In this document: positions 14,001 to 29,000 of the stretch, piece after piece
How the letters are laid out: each line of letters starts with the position of its first letter
How positions within the stretch are numbered: the first letter of the stretch is position 1
Source: Chiloscyllium plagiosum
Lineage: Eukaryota
DNA length: 64,000 bases
Reading direction: 5' to 3'
Assembly: GCF_004010195.1 (NCBI RefSeq)
Contig: NC_057730.1
Location: 32,961,152 to 33,025,151 of the forward strand
Notes under the pieces: generated by a model
The model's database searches: none
What the model was told of the DNA's origin: nothing
What the model saw: the letters and a program-made list of their open reading frames with translations, nothing else
Made by a program: the position numbers and the translations under genes

Positions 14001-17000
14001 CATTCAACACAATAAACTCTCCAAACAACATTTTTATATGCCTATACCAGGCCCACATTGTTTCTATGTACTGTACAAGATATTGGTGAGAAAAGATGTC
14101 ACCATCTCACAGGAAATCTCAGCATGATTTTTATGAGTAGCAACAATACTAATCCATACCAGGAAAACTAAGACTTGTAATGTTTGAAGTAAAATAAAGT
14201 CATAAGTATAGTTCAGTCTGAGATATCAAGTTTACTTTCTCATGCATACTGAGAAATCTACATAGAATCTACAATACGATTTTTATTTCAGATTTTCAAC
14301 AAATATGGTGCAAATAATACATCTGATGACATTTCAATTGTAGTCAGCTTTCTAATAGAATCCCATGTCATAAACTATTGATCAACCACCGAACTTATGA
14401 GCATTTCATAAAACAAGAATCACTCACTCCTCTTTCAGCCGTCGCTGTTCCCTGTAGAACTCCTCCCTGGAAAGTGGGGGTGCTTGTGTGACTGTTGGCA
14501 TTACACTCGCAGGAGTTGCTGGAGTGGCAGGAGGTACCCAAGGGGCAGAAATAGTTGCTGGAGCTGGCGGGAATCCTGGAGGAGGGATGCTAAATCCAGC
14601 GGGTGGTGGTTGGCCAGGAGGAAACTGTGGAGGGAATTGAGGAGGAGGCACTCCTGGAGGAAGTGGAACTGGGTGAGGTGGAGGAGGATATAGGGTTGGT
14701 GGATGCACGTACACTGGTGGGGGATTTGTTGCCTGCGCTCTGCTTCTTGGAACACGATCACTCTGCTGATGCCCTCTGGTGGACGGCCTAGGCAACAGAT
14801 TAAGTTAGAGATAAGCAGAAATAGTAAGTTCAGTATAGCTGCAAATCTGAAAAAGGTTCATGTTGTTTGCTATACAGTATCTACTTTCAGTACTTTTTTA
14901 AAATGGAAATGCACTGACAATTATTTTCAAACATAGTATTTCACATTAAATGCTTCAGTATCACAAAGGAACCAAGATGGCAAGGCCAAGAGATCCTTGG
15001 TTATAGCTCAACTAGAAGCCTAACTGAAAGTCATTTCTATCATAATTACACTCCCCTCTGAAGAAAACTCAATCACAAACCTATACACCCTATAATGTGT
15101 AGCGGAGATGGACTGAATCTGTGGAATCTGTATGGCTAGAGAAGAAACACCAAGGGGCAGAAGATTTTGATGGATGCTATCAGCCTGCAGCGATGTAGCA
15201 AAGGCATTAAATAATTATAAGAGATGCGTGCAATTAAACAATTAATCACAGTTAACTTCAATTTACATATGGATTGGACAAAGCAAATTAACAGTGATGT
15301 TGTGGAGAATTTCCTGGGAAAAAAAAACACATTGAGGAACCAACCAGAGAACAGGTTATTCTCAAACAAAAAAATAATTAACAGTCTTGCTGTGTGGGTT
15401 TCTCTGGGGAAAACAGCAACATAATATTGCCCACAGTCTATAATTCTTCATTAAAATGGAGAACAAAGTTGTCAAATCCAAACTGAATCTAAAAAGGGAA
15501 CCAAGAGGGTATGAAGAACATGAATTAGCTTGGGGAACCTTATTAAAATGATTGACGGTGGATACACAATGGCTAATATGCACAAATCACAATTATTCAT
15601 TCCTGTTTGGTGCAAAAATGTGACAGGAACAGTGTCCCAACCACTTAAAATTCTCACAAAAGGAATTTGGAATAGTATTGGATCAAAGAGGAGAGATGGG
15701 CGGCACGGTGGCAGTGGGCGTCACGGTGGCACAGTGGTTAGCACTGTTGCCTCACAGCGCCAGAGACCCGGGTTCAATTCCCGCCTCAGGCTACTGACTG
15801 TGTGGAGTTTGCACATTCTCCCCGTGTCTGCGTGGGTTTCCTCCGGGTGCTCCGGTTTCCTCCCACAGTCCAAAAGATGTGCAGGGTCAGGTGAATTGGC
15901 CATACTAAATTGCCCGTAGTGTTCGGTAAGGGGTAAATGTAGGGGTATGGGTGGGTTCGCTTCGGCGGGTCGGTGTGGACTTGTTGGGCTGAAGGGCCTG
16001 TTTCCACACTGTAATGTAATCTGTAATCTAATCTGTAAAGATATAAAGTTGGCAGAAAGAGTAGCAGGCTTGAGAACTGGGAGCATTTTAGAATTCAGCA
16101 AAACAGGACAAACAGGCATTTTTGGTAAGGTTCCGCATAAGAGGCTATTGGGCAAAATTAAAATGTGGGTTGAGAGTTGGCAGCCTGAATCAACGGGAAT
16201 AAATGGGTGTCTTTTTTCCAGGTGGAAGGCAGTGACTAGTGGAGTACTGCAAGGATCAGTGCTTGGGCCCCAATTACTCACGATGAATACAAATGATCTG
16301 GATGAAGAAACCAAAGGCTGATAACAAAATTGGATGGGATTACAAAATTGAGGAGGATACAAGAAGATTTCAAGGTGGTTTAGACAAGTTGACTGGGGAA
16401 TCACTTGGCAGATGTAGTATACTTCACTAAATGTGAAGTTATACACTTCAGTATGATAACAAAAACAGTTTTATTTAAATGGCCATTATATTGGGAAATG
16501 TGGATGTACAACAGTTCTGGATCTCTTGTCCACCAGCTAATTAAAGCACTTGGTCAGTTCAGTCAAGTGGAAAGCTGGTTTGCAATATGAAGGGATCCCA
16601 ACAGCATGTGTTCAATTCCCACACTGGCTTAAGTTACCATTAAGAATTCACACTCTCAACATCTCCCTGTGCCTAAGGTGTGGAGACACTCAGGCTAAAC
16701 TCCCACCAGTCATTTCTCAGAGAGCACAGTCCTCTGATCTGGCAAGATTACAGTGACTCAAAAATAAATCAGATAGACAGATGTAACAAACAATTTGGAA
16801 GGCCAATGCTATATTAGTCTTTGTTGCAGGAAGACTGCAGTCATAAGTAGGGATGTCTTACTACAGTTATACAGGACCTCAATCCTCGGTAGAACATAGG
16901 TATAGAGCATCACATGTAGCTTTGGTCTCCCTAAGAAAGAATATACTAATATAGGCATTGGAGACGAGATTTATGAGGTGGGGATGGCAGAACTGTCTTA

Positions 17001-20000
17001 GGAGGCTCAGTCAAACCACAGTTCAGAAGAATGCAAGGGCATCTGGTTGAAACATATAAACCTCTAACAGTACTGGACAGATTAGCTATTGGGAGGATGT
17101 ATTTGCTGGCTGGAAAGTCCAGAACAAGGAGTTGGCCATTTAGGACTGAGATGAGGAAAGATTTATTTACTCAAAATGGTGGTGAAATTGTGGAATTCTC
17201 CACCACAGAAGGCTGCGGAGGCCAAGTCATGGAATATATTCAAAGAAAGAGATGGATCATTTTTAGATATTAAAGGAATCAAATGGGATGAAGAGAAAGC
17301 AGAATATGGCACTTTGATAAAGAATCAGGCGCGATCATATGAAATGCAGAACAGGTTCCAAGGGTCAAATGGTCTACTCCATATCCTCATTTCTACAAGT
17401 TATTGAATAGCAAATGTAAAAATCTGAAAATGGCTATGAATACCTCAAAGGCAGAGGTTTTCACAATTCAGAACGTAGAAGTGCACACAGGAAAACCACA
17501 ATATTGTCAGATACAAACAGAAATGTTACAGTAAAAAGGCTTCTCAAAGTGGAATTATGCTTGGAGGCAGGAATTCCAAGTGGTTTCTACTTACAATTCC
17601 CAGCCAGGTCTGTTCCCTGGTGGTCGAACCCCACTGCTTCTCATTGGTTGACCTGAACAAAAGTTAACAAATTAATATTTTGCTTCATTTTATAACCAAA
17701 TCTGAAAACCATTTCCTAAAAACGAACCTGTTGTGGGTATGGACTGCCCGTGTGAAGCCGGATGACCAAGAACAGGAACTTGATAACCCTGAAATAAAAC
17801 AGTGACAATGAACCCAACCAAAGCAATAGCAGATCGCTAGTTAGTTGGACTACAAGTTAGTTCACAGTTTAAACTAATCTTTCCCAGTTATTCCAACTGA
17901 ACAGAAGTCCAGTGATTTTCAGTCCTTGGATAGGGCTCCCAATTTTTGGATGCTCATACTTAATGAGTGCAATCTTAAATATGGTGTAATTTTTAAGGTT
18001 TGACGTATGAACAGTTCCTGGACTTACGAATGGCTATTTTATACTGTCCTGCATCATATTCTGGCTTGTGTACAACTTAACTTGCAAGAAAACTGAAAAA
18101 CAGAACATGCTTGCAACCTGGGATTACTTGCATAAAATCTGAACAAACATCTTCCCATTCTAACACAACATGACTGGGTCAAAACTCTTAGTCCACTAAA
18201 TAAAATTTTGGAACAAACTATACCCCATTCATTTCCATTGTGATTGTGCGAGGTGAGAAACATCAGCTTTTTAACCTTTTAATAGGTAAAAGATAATTTA
18301 TTAGTGGGTTGATTGGACTGCAAGGAAACTTCAAAGTACATCACTCCAGTTTCAACCACCGATATACACGAGATGCACATGTTGCTTTTAGGTAATCATT
18401 GTTTCATATGCTGGAGAGCTGTGACTTCTAATTACCAAAACTCAGTTTTCAAGTTTAGGCTGATAGAGCTGAAATGAAATGCCACGCCATATGCAATTTG
18501 CTATGGAATTTCATACATGGCCCCATTTGAAAAACTTGAATCAGACGAATCATTTTACTGTATCATTTTGGTCCCTTGGCATTCTTCTACTTCTTGGCCT
18601 TTTCCATTATACCCCCCTCCCCTTTTTCTCACACCTGGGCTCAATTGATATATACAACATAGAACATTACAGTGCAGTACAGGCTCTTCGGCCCTCAATA
18701 TATGCCTGGCCTTTTCTAGTATGGTATGGTTGGACTGTGCTGGATTTAGTTACCTGAAATTAGCTATGCGAAGTTGGAGGATTTTATCAGGTGGATCAAA
18801 ATGATCCTTTATCTGTCAGTGCATCATGCAAGATAAAGGTCAAGTTGACCAAGATTGATATGGAGGTGCAATCAAATGACACCAGGTTTGAGTCCAACAG
18901 GTGCAAAAGCTTGTGATTTCAAATGCAACATAGCCCTTTTGTCAGATGAAGTGAGAGAGAAGCAGACAGAACACAGAACTTTCAGGCAGAGAAATCAAAA
19001 GAACACATGAAAGTTGTGAGTGGAGTGTCAAATAATAAGTCTCTGCAGGTGACCAAGGATGTTAAGCCAATGAGTCTAACATCCTTGGTCAGCTGCAGAG
19101 ACTTACTATGCGACACTCCACTCACATCTTTTGTATGATAATTTCATCTCTCTACCCATAAATTCTGGGTTGTGCGCTCCCCTCCCACTTCAAGCGAAAA
19201 GGCGATGTTCCAAAAGCTTGCAATTTCAAATAAACCAGTTGGACTATAACTTGGTGTTATGAGACTTTTGACTTTGTATAATGTTGACGCACAATCAATG
19301 ACTTACCTTTACGACAGAGGTACTGCTTGTAGACATCGATGGATTGCTTGTGATTGTTCCAGTTGTGGCTGTGACAACAACTGTTTTGTTGAGTTCACTG
19401 AATATGAAATAAGAATAAAACATTTCGTTTTTACAGTTACAGGTCGTTCTGCTATAACACACGTTTCGCTCAAACAAATTCACTGTAATGTGATTGAAAA
19501 GTTGAGGACACAGTTTCTCAAGTGAGAACTTTTAAAGCATTCGCTGGATGGAACGCGATTACATTGCCAATACTTTAAGCGCTGTTTCGAAGCGTGATTT
19601 TTCTATAATGGGGGGGGGGTTGCACAAGAAATGCAACCATCACGTTAAAGAAGAACTACCTGTAATTGAAACTTAATGTCACAATTCACAGCCTGTTTAG
19701 TGATTATTTAGAGAATGTGTGAACAGTGTTTGTATGAATTAGTTTTCAAGTTCTTCAGCTTACTCCCATTATTCATATTAGAAGTAACATTTTTCAAGTA
19801 GAAAAATGACAAAGAAAGGGGATTATGAAAAGCAAGATAAGCAAAACCAGGAGCCAGTAATCCCAACATGTCAGAAAATTGTTGGAGTCATAACTAAGGT
19901 TGACTTGTGAACATTTTCTGGTAAGAGAGATCCAACATGGATTTGAAAATGGCATATCACGCTTAAATCTGACAATGTTTCGAAGAGGTGACTGAGTAAC

Positions 20001-23000
20001 GAGCAGATAAAAGTTTAAAATGGACTTCCAGATAGAATTTGATGAAGTCCCTTGTCTGAGTTTTTCAAAGTTCATGGAACCGCAGACACATTAGTGATCC
20101 AGTCAGGAAATTAGCTGAGCAACTGTCAGTAGGGATCACTCAGAGGTACTTCAATTCAAAGGATGTGATGACTTGTGCCAGCAAGGAACTTGCATGGAGC
20201 TTCAACTATTCAACCTATCTATTCGTGACCAAGAGATCAGAAAAAAAGCTACATATCCAAATTTGCCACTGACAAAAAGACAAGTAGCAATAAAGGCATA
20301 GAAGGACGAGGCATTGCCAAACTAAATGAAATGGTTAAACTGTGGAAAATGGTGCATTTGCCTACTTTGGACAAATTGCAAATAGACTCAAAGGATACAG
20401 CAGGGGGTACTGCATAAATAGTGAAAAGCTAGAAAAAGTAGAAGTCAAGGAGACAACGGTCCAGTAAAATTATTCAAATGTCATGACAACAGCATAAAGT
20501 TGAGGAATATTCATTTTATATGTCGAAGAACTGAATACAAGGGGAAAAAAATCATGTTTCAGCATATAAAGGCCTGGGCTGACTGTATTTTGAGTACTGT
20601 ACTCATTCTAGGTATTACCCCTGAGAAGTTACAAATTGACTTAAACAAATAAATAAATAATGAATTTAACAGAATGGAACCTGGATTCCAAAGACTAAAT
20701 TATATGGTATAATTACACAAACTTGGTTATTTTCACTGGAATTCACAAGACTAAAGGAGGAATTGATTAAACTTCGCAGGTATCAAGGAGAACACGTACA
20801 TTAGATTGGGACAAACTAATTATGCTGGATATGGAGTCTAAATCTACAAGAGTGTTCATGGAAAGTTTGAAAATTAAACTAAAGAAGAATGAAATGAGGA
20901 AACACTCTCTCATGCAAAGTGTGACATGTTTGAAACTGGCTTTCACAATAGCAACTGATTGATATTATGTTAATCATGGATTTAAGGTTGATACTTCTGG
21001 CTGATAAAAATCTTAAGTTATCGGCAAAGATACATACATGCTGGAAGGTTGTAAAGACTGCAAATAACCCACGACTTCATTGCATGGCAAGGAACAAGTT
21101 CAGGAGGGCTAAATAACCCACTTCTACACCTAGCTTTCCAAAAATAAAGTAGAAGAATAGGTTTTGAAAAGTGCAAGGAAATGAGGCAAAGTGGCTGATG
21201 GAAAATTCCAGAACTCGGGGTGAACAGCTGAAAGTTCACCATTAATTCAAGGGATTAGCTCACAGCAGTTCAAACCCAGAATAATAAATTCGGCTGCATT
21301 ATTCAGGCTCAAAACAGTCACTTTTCACACTGATGCACATTTCCACACCACCCGTTTTAGGGAAGAGGGCAATCAAGTGAAGACCAGCTGTTAAATAACC
21401 ACAAGAAAAAAAAACAAATCGAATCACTAATATACAAAAATGGGTTTCTAAATATAATGACTCAGTCAGTCAACACAGTTTTTAGAAGCAGTGGGGAGAA
21501 GTGAGCAATCAGACTAGCTAATTTTTCATAAGGAATAATATTTACTCTTAGTCACCCAGTTTGATTATCATTATAATTATTTGAGAAGTGTAACAATGTA
21601 ATTCAGAATCAAACAGTTGGGAACCACAATTAATTCAGTCTAAAATCAGTGCTGTCTCAAAAAGGAGTGATTAATATCTAGAATGATACTCTGAAGTGCA
21701 CAGACAAAATAAAGATTTTGAAATTGCTTAAGAGATAGCTAGGTACTGTGATGATGACTTCTACAGAAGAGTGAAAGAGATAGGTAGTGAAAAATATTCA
21801 TGAGTTAGTTACAAACTAAAATTTAATCAAGTAGTCTACTTTAAAGAAGCAAGTAGTGAAATCTTCACTTATGGTCGTAACAGGTGAAACCACTTCTGCA
21901 TTTAACGCACAGCAGTGGCACTAATACCATGGCTCAGTGGCCTAGTTTTGCTCAGAAACACCCTTGCGACCTTTTAAACAACTTCTTTGAAAATCTGATA
22001 CTAAGATGTAACTGCAATCCCTAAAAGTTTGTGACAAGAACAAAACTTACATATCCCCTTCTTCGTGCTTTGGAGGTAACGGATGAACATGAACTGTGGC
22101 TGTTGACAAGTCTGGAGCAGGGTTGTTGGCAGTGGGGGGAGCTCTACTAGTTTTCACAGGAGAAGGAGCACGTACTGGGGTAGGGGCTGCACTTGGAAGG
22201 GAAGTTGGGCCAGTCGGAGGAGTGGTGGTGACTGGCGTGTCTGCTGGTTTTGAGCTAGCTGCTCTGCTTACTGGAAGAACAGGTTGAGGGTTGAGCAGGG
22301 GCAATGGCCTCAGAGCAGATTGTTGATTATGTATTTGTTGGGACGGAGCCTGTCGCTGCTGCTGAGTTGGCTGTTGCTTGCGAGCTCGTTTGGTGTAACC
22401 GGTTTCATTTTTGAAGTTGTTCACAGCCTGCAAATAAGAATACTGTGACTGAGAATAAATTTGAAACTCCCACATTCTATTCCCTACACAGACTTCAAAT
22501 ATTTATTTTGCCATTTATATCCAAACTTCCACTTTTCCTCAAACAGTAATTTGGAGATCGTTTATATCACAGACAAATCTGATGCAAACTGAGCTATAAT
22601 TTTTTGCTACCAAGAATTGTACAGGAATTATAGGCTCGTCATTCTAAAAGTTATTTATGATGATGTAATTTATGAGCAAGAACCATGTTACTTCATATGC
22701 AAGACCAAAGTTCTTAGATTTTGAATTAGGAATTTCACATTAGATGAAATACCTGTCTTAAAAATTTGTTTGCAATCAAAGCATCAGGTGAAACATCTGT
22801 CTGATGGCAAGTTGGGCAGGTGTGCTCTTCAGATTCCAGTAATGATGTTCTGATACCTGCACACAGCAATTAGATTAAATGAACAAATATAATTCAACCT
22901 TAAAAAATAAAAGTACTTAAAATTACAACTTCAACAACTACATGAAAAATGTGAAATAGAAGAAAAAAAGACTTGCTTCCTCACTGGCGTGCCTGCATTG

Positions 23001-26000
23001 ATTGTTGTGCTCTAGCCCTGGAGTGGGTCTTGAACCCAGAACCAAGTGACTCAGAGGTGAAAGTGCTACTCACTGAACCACAGCCATAAGAGGAATCCCA
23101 ATGACTGATTGCTTAAGGACCTGCTTGAATAGCAATGTGTTCCTCAGATGACTTACAATCATCACAGTAACTGTTCCCACAGCATGGTATAACAACAGCA
23201 TCCATCATAAGATCCTTGCAGATAAGGCACAACAGTTCATCAGGGATTGGATCTTCCTCTTCAGATGATGATGAGGGTTCCTCAGGCAAGAACGGCGGCT
23301 TTTCCTTCTTGCCCTGTGCATATGCTTCCCTAGAACGCAAAATATTTAATAGTAAGGTACTGAAGTTGCAGCAATGATAAACTCTAATTTTTTTTTCTTA
23401 AAGACTGCAATTTCCTATTTGATTACTCAGTGAAGAATCTACTTAAAATGGGAATTAATGCACAGGAAAATATTTAATAAAGATTATGCATAACATTTTA
23501 TAATGGGATAATTAATTGCAGTTGTTGAGCCTGGAGCCTAAACTTTGTGACTATATTCACCCTTTATATGGATTTTTAACTAAGATTGACTATCCACGAA
23601 CTAAACAGCTCAGTACTGCAGGATAATAAATATTAAATACTTACGCATCAATTGTTGGTATTGCGTATTTCCCAGTATTGGTGAGCATTGCACCCTTCAT
23701 GTTGGGGTCATCAACTTCTACCATAAAACTGCGGGGAATCCCCGTACTTTTCTTAATCCTCGGCACAGCTTCAAAATTTTTGTCCTGAATTATTGTAAAG
23801 AAAAATTGAAGTATTTATTTTTAAATTATAGAAGTGTCGCGCTGACAATGGAGCTGCTCCCATGCCCTTAGCAATCTGTTGCAGTTAGAGTTTAGTGCTG
23901 ATCTAAAATACATCCCAGAGCTACAACCTTGTTTTGAAGTTTATCTACAAGTACAAAGATTCAGCACAGTACTGAGAACCATATTAGAACCAAGCGTAGC
24001 AACTATTTTTCACAGCTCCAGATTTCACTTTGCCTGGCAAGCCCAACACCAAGACAAAAACAGGATTTTAATTATTTTGATGTTATAATTTGTTGTTCTG
24101 AAACTCTACCAAGAATAATGGATGACTGAATGAAATGGTCTAACACTGTTAGAACTGGTCACATCTTCAGAAGATGACTAAGTGCTTCAAGAGGACACCA
24201 CAAACAGAAGCATTAATTCTGGATAACACTAGGTCAATGCAAAAAAAGGTGCAGCCTCCAGCAACATTGTTCTGCTATGATAACAAATTATAAATACATT
24301 TCTGAAGTAGTTCCAGTGAACCAACTTGTTCCTCCAATTTAACCATTGGCCAGGGAAAGCAGGGGATTCAGGATTCCACTTCAAGAGGAACACAAAGTAT
24401 TGTTACTACAAAATAAAAGGTTGAACCATGTTTACCCACCCCATTTGTTGGGCAGTTTTTAATATAATGGCCAGGTTTTCCACAACGAAAACATGTATAT
24501 GTTGGAGGAGGAGGACCCAAAGGTTTCTTCATGTAACTAAGGGAAAAAAAGTAAAAACATTAATATATATTCTCAGCTTCTATTTGTGGAATATTAACCA
24601 AATTGAAATTTTGAATAGCATCTCTTTTACAACTTACTTGACTGGATCATATTCTTGACCAGACTGAGTCATCATTGCCTTAATTTTATCTTCCTCTGAG
24701 GCGTTAGCTTCAGCCAGATTGGCCGTCTGTTTGATAGGCGTGTGTTACAAAAATAATTACCATCTAGAATTTATTGTACACTGCAGTCCACATCCTGTAA
24801 AGAGTAGCAGGAAGCCCTGTCCCTTTTGCTCTTGTATAATCAATAAGTCAGTCCACTTACATAAAACCATCTTCCATCCAGCTTGTCGAATAGCTTGGGG
24901 AGGGAGGAAGAGTTCCTCAAGCCTGTAACCTGTAGCCGAATTATAATACTTTTAGGAAGTCAAAGACATTATATAATGCTCATGTTCCAAGGATTTCAGT
25001 AAAATCCCTAATGCCATGTCACGATCATACTAGGGAGGATTTTGCCAGGTCGACATTGACCACTGATCAAAAAAGTTTCAAATACCAAAACAATCCTAAA
25101 TTAACGTTAGATTATTGTCTTTTTCCTTTAAGGTGCTCTTTTGCTAAACAAGGATGGCTGGGAAGAATTTTCATTGTTGTGGACTAATTGGATGAGTTGT
25201 TAGCCCAGATGACAGTGACCCCGTTTCATGGAAGCTGGCACTTGTCTCAGAAGAAAGACAAAGCCAGTGATGAATATGGTCACTAGCAGAATGAACTGGA
25301 TGCGGATATTGCTTACTTTTTGCAATCTCAGTGTAAAAAGTTCAAAGACCCAGTTCACTAAAAATAAAAAGAAATATTCTGAATTAAATGGAGGGGCAAT
25401 GCAAGTGTGCTTAAAAGCAAAGCCAGCTGTGAAGAAAACTATTTTAAGATGGGCAAGGAATATGCCCTCAAAATCGGAATCTTGTCTATCAAATTTACAA
25501 GCAACACCTCTAACTATTGGAGAAGACCTAGCAGAGAGTTTCTTTTAATGCTCCCACAAAAGCATAACTAGCCATTTGGGTTCTAATCCACACAATTTAT
25601 GCTCTCAAACAGTAGCAGCACAGCACATGCATGTACAGTAAAACACTTGGTACGATCAACTCTGCTGACATTTCACTGGAAGTTCACAGTTAAAACTATC
25701 TAATTTCTGCTTGTGTGGGTGATCATTTAATTTCTCAATTTATAATTTCATTTGGTATTTAGATATTTTAATTAAAAACTAACTCTTCAAAATGTGCTTT
25801 TTTTCAAGGCCTACTTGCATCAAGTTAACTGGACTTGAAATAAGTACCAGGGTCTTAAAAACATGCAATTAAATTAACTGCAGTGTATAACATTACATTG
25901 GGGTGAAGATTTTGCATCAGGTTCACTATTCTATAAGCAATTGACCCTCAATTGGGCCATATTACAGAGTAGAATCAAAAAATTTAAAACAGAGGGAGCC

Positions 26001-29000
26001 CAATTAGTCCATCATCTGTGGACCAACAAGGAGCTAATTCTCAGGTCTTGCGCTAGAACCTTGCATGTTAGGACACTTTAAGTGAACGTCCAAATATGTG
26101 TTAAAATATTGAACATCTCTGCTTCTATTCGATACCAGGGGAAACTAATTTGTAAATAAACTGACAAGAGACTGTGACACAAGATCACGGTGTTAATGCA
26201 ATCAAAAGCCGTAGACCTGCCATCACGCAGTTCAATGAGATTTCAAGAAAAATCTAAAATGGGAGTAGCAAGAAATTTTATGGAATCATAGTAGTTGATA
26301 CGCTGAAAGTGATTCTAAGTCTATCATGCTGCTACTTTTTATTAAAAATTAGAAGTAAATTTCACAACTACAAAAGTAGCTCACAAACAAAAAACAACTG
26401 TCTCCATCAAGCAGAATCTGGAAATCATTAAAAAGCAAGTTGCATCATCCATTCAGAATCTGCAAAAATCACCCACACAAGTGGTACAAAAATGATTGCA
26501 TTTCCCTTATTCTGAAAAACCTAAGTACAATCCATTCATTTCTGACACAGCGAACTTGCTGTAGTTCAGGTATTACCCAGTAAAACAGCAATCTCTCAAC
26601 TGAGCATAGAACCCCTTTATAATGGAGACGGGTAATATGGACATCATAAATGAACAAACTGAAGTAAATCTTTATGATCAGCTAACCACGACTCTTAATA
26701 TTTCACACGAATGCTCAAACACAACAGATATCCTCCTCATAACAGAATCTAGCCTTGAGATAAACTCTTGACAGTGATTACTTTCATTAGAACAAAATTC
26801 CCCAACTCTGCAATCTGAATGGTTTCCTTGTCCTGTATCATAACTAGGTGATTCCCCACTTCATTCTAACAATCACGCTAATAACATAAAGATGCTTAAA
26901 TTCCCAACTTTTAAACTTCAGTACCCCTAACTATAATCTGCAATTCTCAATATCCCTTCACTATCCAGACCACTAAGATGGATAACCCAACTAAACCACC
27001 AATGCTTTTGTGAATTACCTCATGAAGTCCTACATTTACATGTCCTAATTCTGAATGGTAGCAACATTCAATCAAGTAAAGCAATTTTTCACCAAACAGC
27101 AATATATTTAACTCGTTTACACAACTATTCTGGGTACTAGAATTAGAAAAAACAACTTCAGCTGTAAATACAAATTCTACATAATAGTTACCCAAAAGTG
27201 GACCTGTTTTGATTTTGCTAATGTCAAGGAACTAGAGTACTCTCACCTTTAGTTGCAATATTCCAGATTCTTCAGATAATTCCAGACAGTGACAAAACCT
27301 AAAATCAATCCTGTCATTTAGATTTTCATTCCGACACTACTCTATTCAGCCAGCATTCCCAGATTACTTTCAGGGTAGTCTTTGTTTTAAAAGAAAACCA
27401 AGGAAGCTTAAAATTCCTGACATTCAGTTTGGAATTCAGTATACTCAAATACTGAACATTGGCAACAATTTTTATTCTAAGTTGAAGCAACTTATGCAGA
27501 GTGCAATACAGAAATTAAACCTGCTGTTATCAGCTTATTGGCAAGCTGGCAGGGCTTGGAATTTGAAATATGATGGGAAAGTTCATACAAGGAATGATGA
27601 GCACAACAGACCCAAAAGCAAATATCAAATTACCGATTTTGAAGAGCAAGGAAAATGAAAACTCTTTCCCTTATAGCTAGATAACACAGCAGAAGGTGTG
27701 TACCACACAAACAGATAGGAAAGAAATTAACATTGGTTGATCCCAATTTCATGACTAATTATTGTATTCCAAGTTGTAATCAAGATCTTCTCAAAGCCTC
27801 ATAATAGAAATAGGATTTCAGATTCAGAGTGGCCATTAAGTGGTAGGAAGAGATGAAATTCAGAAATCACAAGTTCAAGAATTTCTGTCAAGATTCAATA
27901 ACTGGTGGTCTGTGCACGCGGTAAATAATTTAAAGGGTATCAAGTGATGAAGGTATGCAATTATCTTCACCTTCCAATGGCTCAAACAGCCTGCATACAC
28001 AACTTGATATACAGACAAACCATGGATTCTTGTGCATTATCAGCTTGTGTATTTCATATCATATGCTTCAGTTATGAAGTCTAGTTTTCCAGCTGAATGA
28101 CTGAAGCCTTTTCTAGGCAGGACTCAGATGCTGCTATACTGCAACACTTACCTTTATAGAAGCAAGCTTCTAGACCTATGCACACCAAATTTAAACTTCC
28201 TTAAGTCAGATGCGTTGGATTGAATACCCAGCTGAGATACTAAGATTTTTTTCAAGTGATCCACAAATAGTCATAACATGATTTGAACATCCTTGATACC
28301 ACCCAATTAAGCAAATTGGAAATGGTCTGGATTGACGAAACGTTCCTTCCAGGTAGCATTTGGATTTCTATTGAAGTATTTGCATTTGATATCAACTCTG
28401 AACATTGTAGAGCCAGCTTTCCAACGAGCAAAATTACAGTTCTTGAGAAACACTAATCAGTTTTGATCCTCTTCTTTGTGTATAGTCCTTGGAATTTGAT
28501 GGAACCCATCAGAAGAGTGAACAGGTAAAAGTATGAGTTGCAGCTAGGAAATGCCTTCTTTGTAAGTGCAGATTTTCAAGCAGAACTCTGGAATCAATGC
28601 ATCACCTCTACTGAAGAGGAAATATTCTTTTTCTTCCATGCAATACTAAAACCACCCATGCAGATGGATGAAAAAAAGCTATCCATATATCCAAATGGAA
28701 TGCTGATACATAACAGTGAAGAGGGAGGTTACAAGCTGCTGAACATCCATTGTGACCTATCCCATTCGGCTGTCTGACCTCTGACGTAGAGAATGAAAAC
28801 ATACTCTAAAGCAACCTCTATTTCAGAGAGAATTCACAAACTGCATTTAACTACACCTCAAATAATTAGGATCAAATTACTGGGAATGGAGGCTACACAT
28901 TAAACCACATTTCAATGGTTTCAACCACAAACAAACCTCAGTGCTCGAATACCACTCAACAAGATGCAAACTGGAACTTTTAAATCAATGCCATGAGTGC

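Noticed and set aside
15530-16007. Recurring peptides (DCGRKPEHPEETH, VWSLHILPVSAWVSSGCSGF), also near 36.8, 45.9, 51.4 and 60.9 kb
   Set aside because: Translations of SINE copies, not a gene family.
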